Shown here one piece after another: positions 41,075-55,353 of a stretch of DNA of 64,000 nt. This stretch comes from Eledone cirrhosa (lineage: Eukaryota). The number at the start of each line of letters is the position of its first letter. Position 1 is the stretch's first letter. Made by a program: the position numbers and the translations under genes. The stretch lies in contig OZ024743.1 in assembly GCA_964016885.1 (NCBI GenBank), forward strand, positions 73,718,001-73,782,000, read 5' to 3'. Under the pieces are notes generated by a model, which was not told the DNA's origin, made no database searches, and saw only the letters and a program-made list of their open reading frames with translations.

Positions 41075-42595
41075 ATGGTGATGTTGGTGGTGGTGGTGTT
41101 GTTGGTGGTAGTGGTCGTGGTGGTAGGGATGGTGGTGGTGGTGATGGGGGGGGGTCGTGGTAGTGGTAGTGGTGTGTTGTGGTGGTGGTGGATTTGGTGT
41201 TGTTGTTGTTGTTGTTGTTGGTGGTGGTGGATGTAGTGATGGTGGTGGTGGTGGTGTAGTGGTGGTGGTGTTGGTGGTAGTGGTCGTGGTGGTAGGGTTG
41301 GTGGTGGTAGTGTTGGTAGTGGTGGTGGTGGTAGTGGTCGTGGTGTAGGTGTTGGTGGTGGTGGTGTTGGTAGTGGTGGTGGTCGTGGTGGTCGTGGTGG
41401 TAGTGTTGGTGGTGGTGGTGGTACTGGTCGTGGTGGTGGTGTTGGTGTTGGTGTTGGTGGTGCTGGTGGTGGTGGTGGTAGTGGTAGCGGTGTGTTGTGG
41501 TGGTGGTGTTGGAGGTGGTTTTGCTGTTGTTGTTGTTGGTGGTGGTGGTGTTGGTGGTGGTCGTGGTGTTAGTGTTGTTGTTTTTGGTGGTGGTGGTGGT
41601 AGTGGTGTGTTGTGGTGGTGGTGTTGATGGTGTTGATGGTGGTGGTATTTGTGGTGGTGGTATTGGTGTTGGTGTTGGTGGTAATGGTGGTGATATTGGT
41701 GGTCGTGGTGGTGCTATTGGTGTCGGTAGTGGTAGTAGTGTTGTTGGATGTGGTAGTGGTGGTGGTGGTGTTGGTGGTGGTGTTGATGGTATTGTGATGG
41801 TGGTGGTGGTATTGGTGTTGTTGTTGTTGTTGGTGGTGGTGCTGGTGGTGTTAGTGGTGCTGGTGGTGGTGATGGTAGTCGTGGTAGTCGTGGTGGTGGT
41901 CGTGATGGTGGTGTGGTCGTGGTAGTGCCAGTGGTGACGATGCTGATGGTGGTGGTGCTAGTGCCAGCGTTGTTATTGTTAGTGGTGCTGGTGGTGGTGG
42001 TGTTGGTGAGGGTTGTGGTGGTGATGGTGGTGGTGGTGGTGAGGGTTGTGGTGGTGATGGTGGTGGTGAGGGTTGTGGTGGTGTTGGTGGTGGTGTTGGT
42101 GAGGGTTGTGGTGGTGTTGGTGGTGGTGAGGGTTGTGGTGGTGTTTGTGGTGGTGGTGGTGAGGGTTGTGGTAGTGGTGAGGGTTGTGGTGGTGATGGTG
42201 GTGGTGGTGGTGAGGGTTGTGGTGGTGGTGAAGGTTGTGGTGGTGGTGACGGTTGTGGTGGTGGTGACGGTTGTGGTCGTGATGGTGGTGGTGGTAGTGA
42301 GGGTTGTGGTGGTGGTGAGGGTTGTGGTGGTGGTGAGGGTTGTGGTCGTGCTGGTGGTGGTGGTAGTGAGGGTTGTGGTGGTGGTGAGGGTTGTAGTGGT
42401 GGTGAGGGTTGTGGTGGTGATGGTGGTGGTGGTAGTGAGGGTTGTAGTGGTGGTGAGGGTTGTGGTGGTGGTGAGGGTTGTGGAGGTGGTGAGGTTTGTG
42501 GTGGTGGTGAGGGTTGTGGTGGTGGTGAGGGTTGTGGTGGTGGTGAGGGTTGTGGTGGTGATGGTGGTGGTGGTAGTGAGGGTTGTGGTGGTGGT
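41075..42595. repeat. (GGT)n low-complexity tract with 15-bp units (gtgagggttgtggtg) at about 42005-42595
   Basis: Directly visible. Similar tracts at 7395-7895, 33660-34135 and 44775-45360. Confidence 0.9.
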
Positions 42596-42739
42596 TCTGT
42601 TTGAGTATTCCTAATCGGTCAGCTTTCACAAGAGTCAACCTCATACAAGTAGTTGACTGAACTCTAAAGCCTATCACAGCGTTTGTAATGCTGTAATCTT
42701 TGAAAAGTACTATGTATCTGTTATATATATCAGTTATAT

Positions 42740-42839
42740 ATATAGCTCTGATTTATCTGAATTATTGAGCCCTCTGCCACTCATATCGAATTTTGTTTAT
42801 CGTGAACTCGTGCGCCGATCTTTCGATATTCGATTATTC

Positions 42840-42843
<4 letters not shown>
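42740..42843 (-). repeat. Fragment of the 617-bp unit family
   Basis: Reverse complement of ...atcggcgcacgagttcacgataaac...gggctcaataattcagat..., abutting (TA)n. Confidence 0.8.
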
Positions 42844-42884
<41 letters not shown>

Positions 42885-42913
42885 AAGAATAGAGGTGTAA
42901 CACATGAGTTATG

Positions 42914-43296
42914 ATATATTGGTAAAAGGAAAAGAAAATGCTGACAAATTGTTCCCAGTGAAAAATAGTTTAATTAGGAATAAGTAAAAATTAGTAATAG
43001 TATTGGTTAGTATTCAGTTTGGGTTTTAAGTTTTACCGGTTGCGCATTTCTAATGCTTTGCAAAAATAATTTTGAGATAGAGCGTCCGTAATGTTTGCTC
43101 TAATCTCTAGAGCAAACATTACGGACGCTCTATCTCAAAATTATTTTTGCAAAGCATTAGAAATGCGCAACCGGTAAAACTTAAAACCCAAACTGAATAC
43201 TAACCAATACTATTACTAATTTTTACTTATTCCTAATTAAACTATTTTTCACTGGGAACAATTTGTCAGCATTTTCTTTTCCTTTTACCAATATAT
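42914..43296. repeat. Perfect foldback with arms of about 190 bp and a loop of about 5 nt; same family as 12790-13690
   Basis: Centre gtaatgtttgctcta-atctc-tagagcaaacattac; (TA)n flanks. Confidence 0.92.
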
Positions 43297-43371
43297 ATAT
43301 ATATATATATACATATATATATACATATATATATACAAGTAAGAATACTTTCGAAACAGCGAGTGGGTTTG

Positions 43372-43440
<69 letters not shown>

Positions 43441-43444
43441 TAAT

Positions 43445-43700
43445 TCGTGGATATTGCGGCATCGGATTCACAATCATGAGGTTGTGAGTTCGATTTACAG
43501 ACCGAGCGATAGGTTGTCCTTGTGCAAGACACTTTATTTCACGTTGCTCCAGTTTACTCAGCTGCAGAAACGAGTTGCGACAGGTGCCAAACAGTATCAC
43601 CCTTTGCCTGTCCCTTTGACAACATCTATAATGCTGTGAGGGGAGATTAGTAAGCATGTCTTTACCATTCTGTATCAACCGTATCAAGGGAAACAACTGA
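43445..43700 (+). mobile_element. tRNA-derived SINE (second family)
   Basis: tcacaatcatgaggttgtgagttcgatt (B box) followed by tgtccttgtgcaagacactttatttcacgttgctccagtttactcagctg. Confidence 0.75.
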
Positions 43701-45749
43701 CTCCCTTCCCTTATATTTCTATTATGTTTATCTCCCTTATATATTAAGTATTTCTATGATTTTTGTTTTATTTTTCCATAAGAATCAGTTGAGTTTGACG
43801 ACTCTGGAACAAATGTTGTTGACTATCGTTGTAATTGTTGTTGTTATTTAGCCACCATGTGAAGAATCTTCTTCACCCACTTATTCCTGAGAAGGTCGTG
43901 AGGTCAGATTCCTCAAACACTCTTTCCATCGGGTCCTGTCAGAAGCAACCGTCTCCAACTGATCTGGCTGGATCCCCAAGCGAGACTAGTCAAGCTCATA
44001 GATATTATTCAACCAACTTGATCGCATTCTACCCCTGAGTCTCTTGCCGGTTCGTTTTGCCTGTAAAATCTGTCCAACTATTTTTTTCCTGAGACATTCA
44101 AACCACATGATTAAAAATATTCCAGCCGTGACCATCTCGTATATTTGTATGTTAATCACTTATCTTTATTAGTTGATAGATTGTTGTATAAATGTTCCGT
44201 GTAGTTGTAAAGACTTTAATTTTCATGTGGTGATGTCATTATACAGTGTTGTAATTCTCAAGAATATTCTAATGTAGTTTCATCTGGTATAGGACGTTAA
44301 GAGTTAAAATCTTTAGGGATCTTTATATTCATTGTTTAGTGAGGCAAGGAATGTAGAGACTGTTACACTTTTTAGGGTCTCCAATAATGAGGAGAGGCAG
44401 GTAGTAAGGGAGGTTTTAGAGTATTCTGACATGGAATGTTACATCCACTTACAGACTTGTAACAGAGAGGTCTTGGCAAAAGTTACCCAAAGCTCAGGCA
44501 CAGGTGTTAAACAAAGGTTACGTCTGATATTATTAGCAGGGTGCAAGATTAATAGAAGACCGACTGTGGGTCTCTTTAGTGTAGGGTTTACTCATTAACT
44601 GTAATTGATTGAGTGTATTTTCATTGATCCCCCCTCCCAGTGATCGATATCAGATAGGTGATTGACTTTGGAGTTACACCTCGTCCTATATAACTTACCT
44701 GCTATACTGGCTCCAATTCGGGGTAATTAGTAGATATTTATCCTGCTACAGCAGAATTAATTGGAGCAAAATAATCACCACTACCACTATCAATGGGGCC
44801 ACCACCACCACTACCACCAACACTAGCACCACAACCACCATCACCACCACCATCTGTAGCTCCACCACCACCACCACCACTACCATCAACACTAGCACCA
44901 CAACCACCATCACCACCACCATCTGTAGCTCCACCACCACCACCACTACCACTACCATCAACACTAGCACCACAACCACCATCACTACCACCATCTGTAG
45001 CTCCACCACCACTACCACTACCATCAACACTAACACTACAACCACCATCACCACCACCATCTGTAGCTCCACCATCACTACTACCATCAACACTAGCACC
45101 ACAACCACCATCACCACCACCATCTCTAGCTCCACCACCACCACCACTACCATCAACACTAACACTACAACCACCCTTACCACCACCATCTGTAGCGCTA
45201 CCGCCACCTCCACCACTACCATTAGCACCACCAACACTACCATTACGCCTATAACTCCTATCACCACTACCAACAGCAAGTACTACACCGCCACTATTAC
45301 CATTACAACCACGACATCACCCCATCACCACCCAATCACCATAATCACCACCAATACCATCGTCATAACAACTACCACAGGAATACTCATAACCGCTTTT
45401 GAATAAATGTAAGGGACATAACCATTAAAGTTATCTCCCTTCAATCACAAAAATGTTAACGAAATCTAAATATCAGTAGCTATCGATTTCATGTTGATTC
45501 TCATTAACACACACACGTACATAAACACATACACATTAACATACACAAGCATAAACACACACACACACACATACAGTCGGCCAAAAGGGAGAAAAGTGAC
45601 CTGGCAGTTATATGGCTTGACCTGACAAAGGTTAGTTCCACACAAACAGCTTGCGTTTGCTATGGACCTCTTCAGGACCCTCCTATCCCTAAAGTTGGTG
45701 CGGTAGCCCCTGTTCTGTATTAATCCGTATTAATTCGCATTAATCCGTG

Positions 45750-46940
45750 TCAAGGCAATATCTATATTAACAAATGGTTAGGATTGCCAGGAACCTTTGC
45801 ATTCGCAGCTCTGTACAAAAATGGCGATTCAGTAGAATTACCCTCACCCTCAATAATCTATAGCAGTACGAGTGTAGTAAGGTTCGAAACTTGCTAAAAC
45901 GATCATATCTTCCGTTCATCCCCATAGTAACCCAAGACTGGGAGAAAACGGACGGCATCAGAAGCAACGGAGTATTTTGTGGTCTGTCTATGATAGGAAG
46001 ATATAATTGGTCTCGCACAGACCAATAAAAAAGCCCCTGGAAGTTTCGAATACAGACCACATCATGCCACGAGACAAAAGCATATAAGGGGGAATTTGTG
46101 CTTGAGCGAAAGATCAGATGGAAAGAACTTTGGTCATGGGAACCAGCTAGAACAAGATTTTTGTTTCGTTCGTCTATATCGTATTTTTTGTCCCACAAAT
46201 CTACGTTGGAAAATGCGTGCAGGCTGGAACAACGAGACACATACTGTCCAGCTGGCCACTGAGCCTGAAGAACAGATATACAGGGCGGTATACCCAGGGG
46301 CTTAGATTACTGACTGAATGTTGTAAAGAAGAAGAACACTGCCAGCAAGCCACTGAAAAATTGAACCAAAATGGCAGGAGATTTAGGAAGTCTCCGATGA
46401 ACTGAACGGCAATTATTCCCCCCTCCCCATCAAGAGACCCGACCTCGTCTTGTACTCCAAGGAGGGAAAAGTCGATTAAATTGACTCCATTGTGTTATTG
46501 CTACTTTATTTTATCGACCCCATTAGGATGAAAGGCAAAGCTAACCCCAGTAGGGTTTGAACTCAGAACGTAAAGAGCTGAAACTATATGCTACAAAGCA
46601 TGTTGTCCGACGCTCTACCGTTCTACCAATTCTGGTAAAGATAATGGAGATTACTGTCTCGTGTGAAGTTAACATCAGTGATACATTCGATAGGAAAGCC
46701 ATAATGTACAGTGAACTGGTTGAACTCTGTGGAACCAGCGAATAGATGGCATCATATCTCATTCTAGAGATAAGTGTCAGAGGATTTTTCGGAACTATGG
46801 TTGACTCGTTGCTCAGGTGTATTCGACTGGTGGGGGAAAGTATAAACAATAAAACGAAACACTATTGGAGGACATTATCTGAGGCAGCTGAGAAAGCGAT
46901 TCACTACATCTGGCTCAAGAGGTAAGATGAATGGTGCACC
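45750..46940 (+). mobile_element. Degraded Hero-like RLE non-LTR fragment, interrupted by a SINE (about 46460-46633, minus)
   Basis: GTTRHILSSWPLSL..RYTGR (knuckle), KRPDLVLYS, MEITVSCE..RKAIMYSELV, EISVRGF and EAAEKAIHYIWLKR. Confidence 0.65.
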
Positions 46941-48760
46941 TAACACATTGAAGAGGATGGAAATGTAAGGCTCGGTGTCACAACAACTGTACTGCAGGAA
47001 TTTCATCACCTAGATCACTGGGTGACCCCTAGTTGTTCTGATGTCGCCGTGGAAGGGGCCGAAACATCTACAGAATTATTTCAGCGATTGATGATATTCG
47101 GAGACGAAGTATAGCAGAACCCTCGGCATCCAAAGCACGTTTTGTCAATAAAATGAGTTTAATAAATCGGGGATATAAGCCCAGAGAGACGAATGATAGC
47201 ACAGCCTGGCGGTTTAAGGCAGGGGTGAATTTGTAGCGGAGTTGTTTCATGGCGCGTAACAATAATCTATTCATGCGTGATTTGGTCACCGGTTGACCAA
47301 TCGTATGTCGCGCATGAATATACAAGTTCCGCCCTGCTAAGAAGATTTTCGCGTTCTTTTGTTTCATTTTAACTAGTTGCTGTTTTGACTTCTGGAAGTT
47401 AACATCCAATTTTTCCTTGCCGTGTCAACAACTAGCCAAAATGTAACAGTAAATTACAACTTCAGCCTGGTCTGCGATATGTCGGATAGGGACCGCTTCA
47501 TTTGCATACATATAACACTTAATTTTTTTTTTTCAATTCACTTGGCATGCCAACACAACTTTTGTAATCCTGTTTCGGTTGTAAATAAATCATGTAAAAA
47601 GTTATAAAGTCTTATGATACTTTTACTACCACCGCATTGGACGTGATATGGGAAAATCCTTTTCCCAAAGTTCTATCACAACAACATCAAATTCTCTTCT
47701 TTCGTGGCAACAACCTTACAACCGAATAATAACTTCAACTTCAATAACTTCTTCTACGTTACATTCACTTTCGGCTAACATTGCCGCATAATAAAACGTT
47801 ACATTTCTTGCTACTACAATCTAATAACATATTCCTTTCATGCCAACACTGCATATTATATTTTTATTGCTAAAAATTCGAGCCCCAAGAGTGAGGCTAC
47901 TCACTTTCTCCGTTTCTTATATCTCCAACTTATTAAACTATTTTTATAGTAAAAAACGTGCATTGACGCCGTTAACACAGAGTTTCCTTAAACATAAAAA
48001 ATGGCGACAAGGAAGGACATTTGACTACGTCTTGACCAAACAAAATATAATATTTTCACCAAAAACTGCCTTTGAACACATGTCAGATGGATTACAATAT
48101 TCATTATTACAAATACTTTGACTGTTCTCTGACAACTAGTACCAGTTTCAACATAGAATTATTTTTACAAAGTACATTTGATTTGATTTGATTTTCGCGA
48201 ACAAACCACGTGTGGATATGGACGGGGAAAAAAAAATCAACAAATCACTACATCCCTTAGGGATCGCAGTAAGTACTTCACAAAATCTATAAACAACAAT
48301 ATACATATAAATCTATATACAGATACATACCACATGCATATACACACAAGTGAAAAGAAACCACACTATTTCGTGTGAGACACTATACCGGCCAATCTTA
48401 CGTACATTTGTAAAATATTTCTGAACATTGACTTCGCTTCTAACCCACATACACCTTTTAATTATATATATATATAATGAGATATTCGTGTGCAGATCTT
48501 GTTGCATACACACACACATAATACATAGGAAAACAGAAACAGAAATACAAAAACAAAACATAAACAAACATTTATCTCGTTAACTTACGCAGCATATTTA
48601 TTTGTTTACATGCGCAGACTCTTTTGTACACACACACACACAAGATTTAGGAAAACGGAAACAAAATACACAAAAAAACAAAACAGAAAACAGACATATT
48701 ATTTCTATCGTAATCAAGTGCGCTAAACCTATATTCTTTACATTCTGTGTTTTTCTACGG

Positions 48761-49323
48761 ATGGGCAGAAATAACAAAATTGCCCTGGTGATATCCACGG
48801 ATGAAGTATGCGACAAAACTGGTCGATGTTCCAAAATAGAACATTGCCCAGAAAATCACACCTGCCATATCTGTACGGAACCCGAAAACTCGTTCCGTAA
48901 TCGCTGGGTCGAATGTGGAACCTGTCGCATCTCTGTCTGCCTTCAATGCACCACAGGCTTCCGGAGGATCCCAGGCCCCCAAAAGAGACATCATAATGCT
49001 ATGATGGATGGAATCTTGGAGATGGTCCAGCTAAAATCCTGGTCCTTTCAGTGCCTGGCCTATGTGCCTGCCTCCACCAATGTTATTGAAAAACAACAAC
49101 AACAAAAAAACGATGACTGTATCTTCATCTACCGTTGTTAGTGAACGGCAAAAACCTATGACACTGGCTTCTGCTGCTATTCCTCTGGGAGAACATCAGA
49201 AACAACAACAACCCATGTCTTCCGCTCCCAGTACATCTCGACACCAACAACCGGCGACTGTGTCTTCCCCTACCATTCCCGTGGAGGAACATCATCACCA
49301 CCACCACCACCACCACCACCACC

Positions 49324-49387
<64 letters not shown>

Positions 49388-50054
49388 GCAGCAGCAGCAG
49401 CAACAACAACAACAACCGACCAGTACAGATTTTGCAGAATTGCAACTAATGATTTCTGCTTTAAGAAGGGAAGTAACAGGAATAAAGGCAAGCATTCGGG
49501 TAGGACCCCACAATGATGTGTCTTATCGGAATGCCTTGCTAAAGAATCTCCCTGTACCTCTTGCCGTATCTGGGCACACTGAGAAGACTGCGGAATCTGC
49601 TACCCATGAAGTGATTGCCATTGGGGTACCAGAGGACAAGGCTGATCTTCAGGCATTTTCTGCCAGCTCAGTCAAAGACCTAGGCTGTGTTCCCCCAAAA
49701 GGTGCTCTCCGCCTTGATCGAGCTCGTCCAAAACCCAGACTCATCAGGCTGTCTTTTCCGGACCCCGCTGAGGCAATCTCATACCATCTGGCCTCTGTTA
49801 AAGCTGGGCGTGAAAATCGGATTACCTTCCGAACACGCCCAGGCCTACCACCCTATGTACGTCCAAAGCTACGTGCTGCAGCTTCCTTGAATCGGAACTC
49901 AGCACAACATGAAAGTTTTAGTCTGCGTGATGATGGGCAGATCTGGAGGTTTGTTAAGGCTGGTGAAACGTGGAAGAGAGATACCAGCTGGTCTGAGTGT
50001 ACTCTACCCACAATAACTAGCAATGAAAAAACTGCAACAACTCTGGGAAACTAA
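48761..50054 (+). pseudogene. LINE ORF1 with PHD finger; frameshift near 49090-49115; poly-His/poly-Gln insert
   Basis: CHIC..WVECGTC...CLQC...FQC, then a coiled-coil-like segment and VIAIGVPE..RLDRARPKPRLIRLSF. Confidence 0.75.
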
Positions 50055-50113
50055 ACCAGAACAACCTGCCACGCTCTACACACCATCATAAACTGCAAGC
50101 AGGGTACAAACTG

Positions 50114-52810
50114 TTGTCCTTAAATGCTCGCAGTTTATGCAACAAGGTACATCTGTTTGGCTCCTACGTCAGAAGCATTGACCCTGACTTCATCACAGTC
50201 ACGGAAACATGGGCACATTCCTTACTCTGTGATGGGGTTTTCAGCATTACTGGGTACAACCTTTTCCGCAAGGACCGCATTAATTGCCGTGGTGGTGGTG
50301 TGATGGTCTACGTTCGTTCAAACTTTTCGGTAATTCCTTGCGTTGATTTGAACGAATCACAGGAAGAAGTTTTTTTTTGTGACATACGTATGACCATGTC
50401 AACACTTCTGCTTGGTGTTGTTTATCGCCACCCAAACTACCATCAGGACACACAGCTTTACCATATCCTCAGAGTTGCTGCCAGGAAAACAGCCACTTAT
50501 GTGTTTATTGCAGGTGACTTCAATCGTCCTGAGATCGATTGGGAAACCTTTCGTTGGCCACAAAGTGCAAACGATTTCCTTGAACTAGTGCTGGACTCAA
50601 ACTGGTCACAAGTAGTCACCTCTCCAACAAGAGGTGACAACACTTTGGACCTGATCTTCACCACTACTCCTGAAGTGGTTATCAGTTGTACTACTGAGGA
50701 ACCTCTAGGCGATTCTGATCATGCTATGATCATTGCCAATCTGGCTCTTGCGGGCAGCAACAAAAACCAGAGCCATCTCCAATCTGCTTGCTTTGATTGG
50801 AAGAAAGCAGATTGGAACTTGTACTGCACTGAGCTACAGCGCCCAAACTGGCATGAGTTCTATAACTCTGGAGATGTGAACACTATACTCCAGAGCATCC
50901 TGGACTCAATGTGGATAGCGTGTGCAGCATCGGTGCCACGTAAGCAGAAAAAAACCACCCCCAAAGTGCAATTTGGGAAACTTCAGCGGTGCGACTTGCC
51001 AGGAAAGAACACCGGAACGCTGAACGGGAATATAAACTGCATAAATCAGATGCCAACAGAAAAAAGCGGAATAAATCTTCTAACTATCTCAAGCAAGTGA
51101 CAAAGAAGGCAGTGCTTGAATTTGAATAGTGCATAGCAACCAATCCTGACAGTAAGGTGTTCTGGAAATATGTTCATTCAAAGCAGAGATCTCACTCTTC
51201 AGTTGGTCCTCTTCGCAATCCTCACACAAGCCAGATCACTGTCGATCCCAAAGAATGCGCAGAACTCATTGCTGAGTGCTATGCAAGTATTTCTACTGTT
51301 GAAAACCAGAATGTACCATCTCCACCATCTCTAACATCAAATTCCATAACAACTATGGAATTTACACCTGCAATGTTGCGACGTCATCTTAAGAATAAGC
51401 GCAACTATGACTCCCCTGGTCTTGATGGTGTTACATACCTGCTTCTCAAACGTGGTGGGTATTTCCTTTTGCGCCAGCTTTCCTCTTTCAATACTGTCTC
51501 AACAATGGTGCTACTCCGGAGCAGTGGAAAACTGCCAGTGTCATCCCCTGTTCAAAAAGGGCAACCGCATGTCACCTGTCAACAATCGTCCAGTCAGTCT
51601 TACTAGCTGTATGGCCAAACTGATGGAATCCTGTGTCAGAGAAACACTTTGGAACTTCTGGAGCTCTCACAGCCTCATCCGGCCCTCGCAGTTTGGATTT
51701 ATCCCTAACTCCAGCTGCTGTGATCAGCTTATCGAAGACATCACCCGGATCACTGACAGCGGCTCATGGGTGGATGTTGTTTACCTTGACTTTGCTAAGG
51801 CTTTTAATTCTGTACCACACAAAAGACTTATGGCAAAACTCTCTGCAATGGGTGTGAGGGATGATCTTTTCGACTAGTTGAAATCCTTCATTCTCAGCCG
51901 AAAAGAGGTAGTTACGGTTCTAGGACAGCATTCTTCACCATATGAGATGTCATCTGGTGTACCACAGGGATCTGTTCTTGATCTCCTTTTGTTCGTGGCA
52001 TATATTAATGACATAGATGCCAACTTACAGAATGCCACGGTACTAAAATATGCAGATGACATCAAGCTGTACCTTGAAATCAAAAGGACTGATCCTGAAA
52101 TCTACAACTCTTTCCTACAATCAGACCTGGACACAATGCAGCATTGGATCACAGACTGGCAACTGAAGCTGGCTGTGGACAAGTGTACCACCATGCATTT
52201 TGGGAGGAAAAATCCAGCGTCCACATACTCCCTCCACAACACTGATATCAAGAAGTCCTCTTGTGAACGTGACCTGGACATTACTGTCAGCAGCGATTTG
52301 CGTTGGACAAAGCATGTCTCTAAGATTGTCAAGAAGGCTGAGGGTGTCTTGGCATCACTCAGCAAGACCTTTGTTAGCCGCTCTCCAGCCATCTATTTAA
52401 AGCTGTATACAGCTATGGTACGACCACACTTGGAATTCGCATCATCAGTCTGGAACCCCTATCTTGCTCAGAACATTGACCTCCTGGAAACTGTTCAAAG
52501 ACGTGCGACCAAGCGCATACCCTCCATCAGACACCTACCATACTCTGAACGCCTTGTTTCCCTGGGCATGGATTCATTGAAGCTCCGACGTCTGGCAATG
52601 GACTTGGTAAACATCCACAAAGTTATTAACCATCTCGCCAACAACAACCCTGAGCCCCTTTTTGATCTCCATGTGTCTAACACACGTGGACATGCCTACA
52701 AAATCAGAAAACAGCACAGCTCCCATGATTTTCGTAGACATTTTTTCACGCTCAGAGTTGCTGAAGCATGGAACAAACTGCCTGCGTCAGTTGTTAGCTG
52801 CATCCTTTAA
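50114..52810 (+). pseudogene. LINE ORF2 (APE endonuclease plus reverse transcriptase) with frameshifts and stops
   Basis: NARSL, TETW, GDFN, LDLIF, SDH; RPVSLTS, QFGF, LDFAKAF, GVPQGSVL, YADD, RPHLEFAS.VWNP. Confidence 0.93.
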
Positions 52811-53236
52811 AACACTCATGCTTCCCGAGATACGCCAAAACTACACCTGATGTACCCCTTCCATACACATGCACACATGTGTATATCATGACTCATGCAC
52901 TGTTCATTTTCCTGACGTCTGTACATTACCGTATGTACTATACATACACTTTTTGATGAATTGTAGTGCACCTGAGAACTGTACACAATATTTCATTATT
53001 ATTATTATTATTCAACATCCGTAACTCGCTCAACGGTTCTAAAAATAGATTGTATGTGAGAGTATGGTGTGTGTGTTGGGTGTGTGTGTGTTGGGGGGGG
53101 GGGGGGGTCTAGACATCCAGTAATTAAGATGTCTAGCAAAATGAAAATAACGACACATTCAAGGGAGGTAACTTTTAAAGTTATGTCCCTGAAATTGATT
53201 CAAATGTGTTTCTGTGATTTCCTAGGTTAGTTGGGG

Positions 53237-53274
<38 letters not shown>

Positions 53275-53644
53275 GTGGTGGTGATAGTTGCGGTGAATAT
53301 GATGGTGGTGATATATGTGTAAGTGGTGATGGTGATGGAGGTGGTTGTGGTGGTCGTGGTGGTAGTGATGGTGGAGTTGGTGGTGGAGGTAGTGGTGTGA
53401 TGTTTGCGGTTGTTCTGGTTCATCATTTATTTATTTACTACGACTACTTTGGGGGTACAACGCACTAAAACAACACACTTCTAAGTTAAAATGAGAACAC
53501 ATTTGATAATGTATTCCGGGGTACACTATGACTTCACTTCCTTAGAGGATTAACACCAAACTCTGGATCTGAACATATCAATGTATTAACACGGTAAAAT
53601 CTATTCCAACATTGTGTTTTCCTGTTTCTTCGGTTCAATTTCTA

Positions 53645-53703
53645 ACTGGCTGATGAGGTCATAGCTGTTGAATAATGGCTATTACTGAAATATATATAGC
53701 AGT
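53645..53703 (+). ncRNA. Type I hammerhead motif, relative of the 12.0 and 17.2-kb copies
   Basis: actgg-CTGATGA-ggtcatagctgttgaataatggctattact-GAAA-tatata-TA-gcagt. Confidence 0.65.
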
Positions 53704-53769
53704 GAATATGAATAAACGAAGCTAATTTTACCCTGTTGACTCACACTTCTTATATATATATATATATAT

Positions 53770-55353
53770 ATATAAACGGAAAAAATGAAACGAAATTTCA
53801 TTTCCCACTCTTAGTACGGCTGTTACTTAAATATAAGTATGTATACGTACATACATATATGTATACAGACGTACAGTAGTATGTATATATATATACATAT
53901 ATGCAGACATATAAATATGTACGTATGGATTCACCGAACATTTATTATAATGCTCGGTGTGTTTGTAAACAAACATCCCGTATTAAGCCGTAGTGTCTAG
54001 CAACAATCGTTGCTCGTTTGTTCAACACTGACAAAGGAACGCTGTACAAGTTTCAAACTTATTAGGTATCGTCAGCAAAGTATACCTTCCTGCCAGATGG
54101 TTGAACGTCTGAAAGTATAAACTTTCCTTATGCACATTAACGGGTGAGCAGCCTAATTTGCATATCGAGTGAGTTAATCGGCGGGGGTACCGAAAACGAT
54201 AAACGGAAAAAATGACACGAAATTTCATTTCCCACTCTTAGTACGGCTGTTACTTAAATATAAGTATGTATACGTACATACATATATGTATACAGACGTA
54301 CAGTAGTATGTATATATATATACATACATGCACATATATATATATGTACGTATGGATTCACCGAACATTTATTATAATGCTCGCTGTGTTTGTAAACAAA
54401 CATCCCGTATTAAGCCGTAGTGTCTAGCAACCATCGTTGCTCGTTTGTTCAACACTGACAAAGGAACGCTGTATAAGTTTCAAGCTTATTAGCTATCGTC
54501 AGTAACGTATACCTTCCTGCCAGATGGTTGAACGTCTGAAAGTATAAACTTTCCTTATGCACATTAACGGCTGAGCAGCCTAATTTGCATGTCGAGTGAG
54601 TTAATCGGCAGGGGTTCCGAAAACGATAAGCGGAAAAAATGAAACGAAATTTCATTTCCCACTCTTAGTACGGCTGTTACTTAAATATAAGTATGTATAC
54701 GTACATACATATATGTATACAGACGTACAGTAGTATGTATATATATATACATACATGCACACATATATATATGTACGTATCGATTCACCGAAAATTTATT
54801 ATAATGCTCGCTGTGTTTGTAAACAAACATCCCGTATTAAGCCGTAGTGTCTAGCAACCATCGTTGCACGTTTGTTCAACACTGACAAAAGAACGCTGTA
54901 CTAGTTTCAAGCTTATTAGCTATCGTCAGCAACGTATACCTTCCTGCCAGATGGTTGAACGTCTGAAATTTCGTTTCATTTTTTCCGTTTATCGTTTTCG
55001 GTACCCCGGCCGATTAACTCACTCGATATACAAATTAGGCTGCTCAGCCGTTAATGTGCATAAGGAAAGTTTATACTTTCAGACGTTCAACCATCTGGCA
55101 GGAATGTATACGTTGCTGACGATAGCTAATAAGCTTTAAACTAGTACAGCGTTACTTTGTCAGTGTTGAACAAACGAGCAACGATGGTTGCTAGACACTA
55201 CGGCTTAATACGGGATGTTTGTTTACAAACACACCGAGCATTATAATAAATGTTCGGTGAATCCATACGTACATATATATATGTGTGCATGTATGTATAT
55301 ATATATACATACTACTGTACGTCTGTATACATATATGTATGTACGTATACATA

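Larger units (their letters stand above)
48560..53012 (+). mobile_element. Near-full-length CR1-type LINE, inactivated; 5' boundary uncertain
   Basis: PHD-bearing ORF1, then APE endonuclease, then RT, then an (ATT)n tail at 52994-53012. Confidence 0.9.

Noticed and set aside
47068-48250. Short ORFs in complex sequence, possibly a DNA transposon remnant
   Set aside because: No recognisable motif or terminal repeats by eye; needs a homology search.
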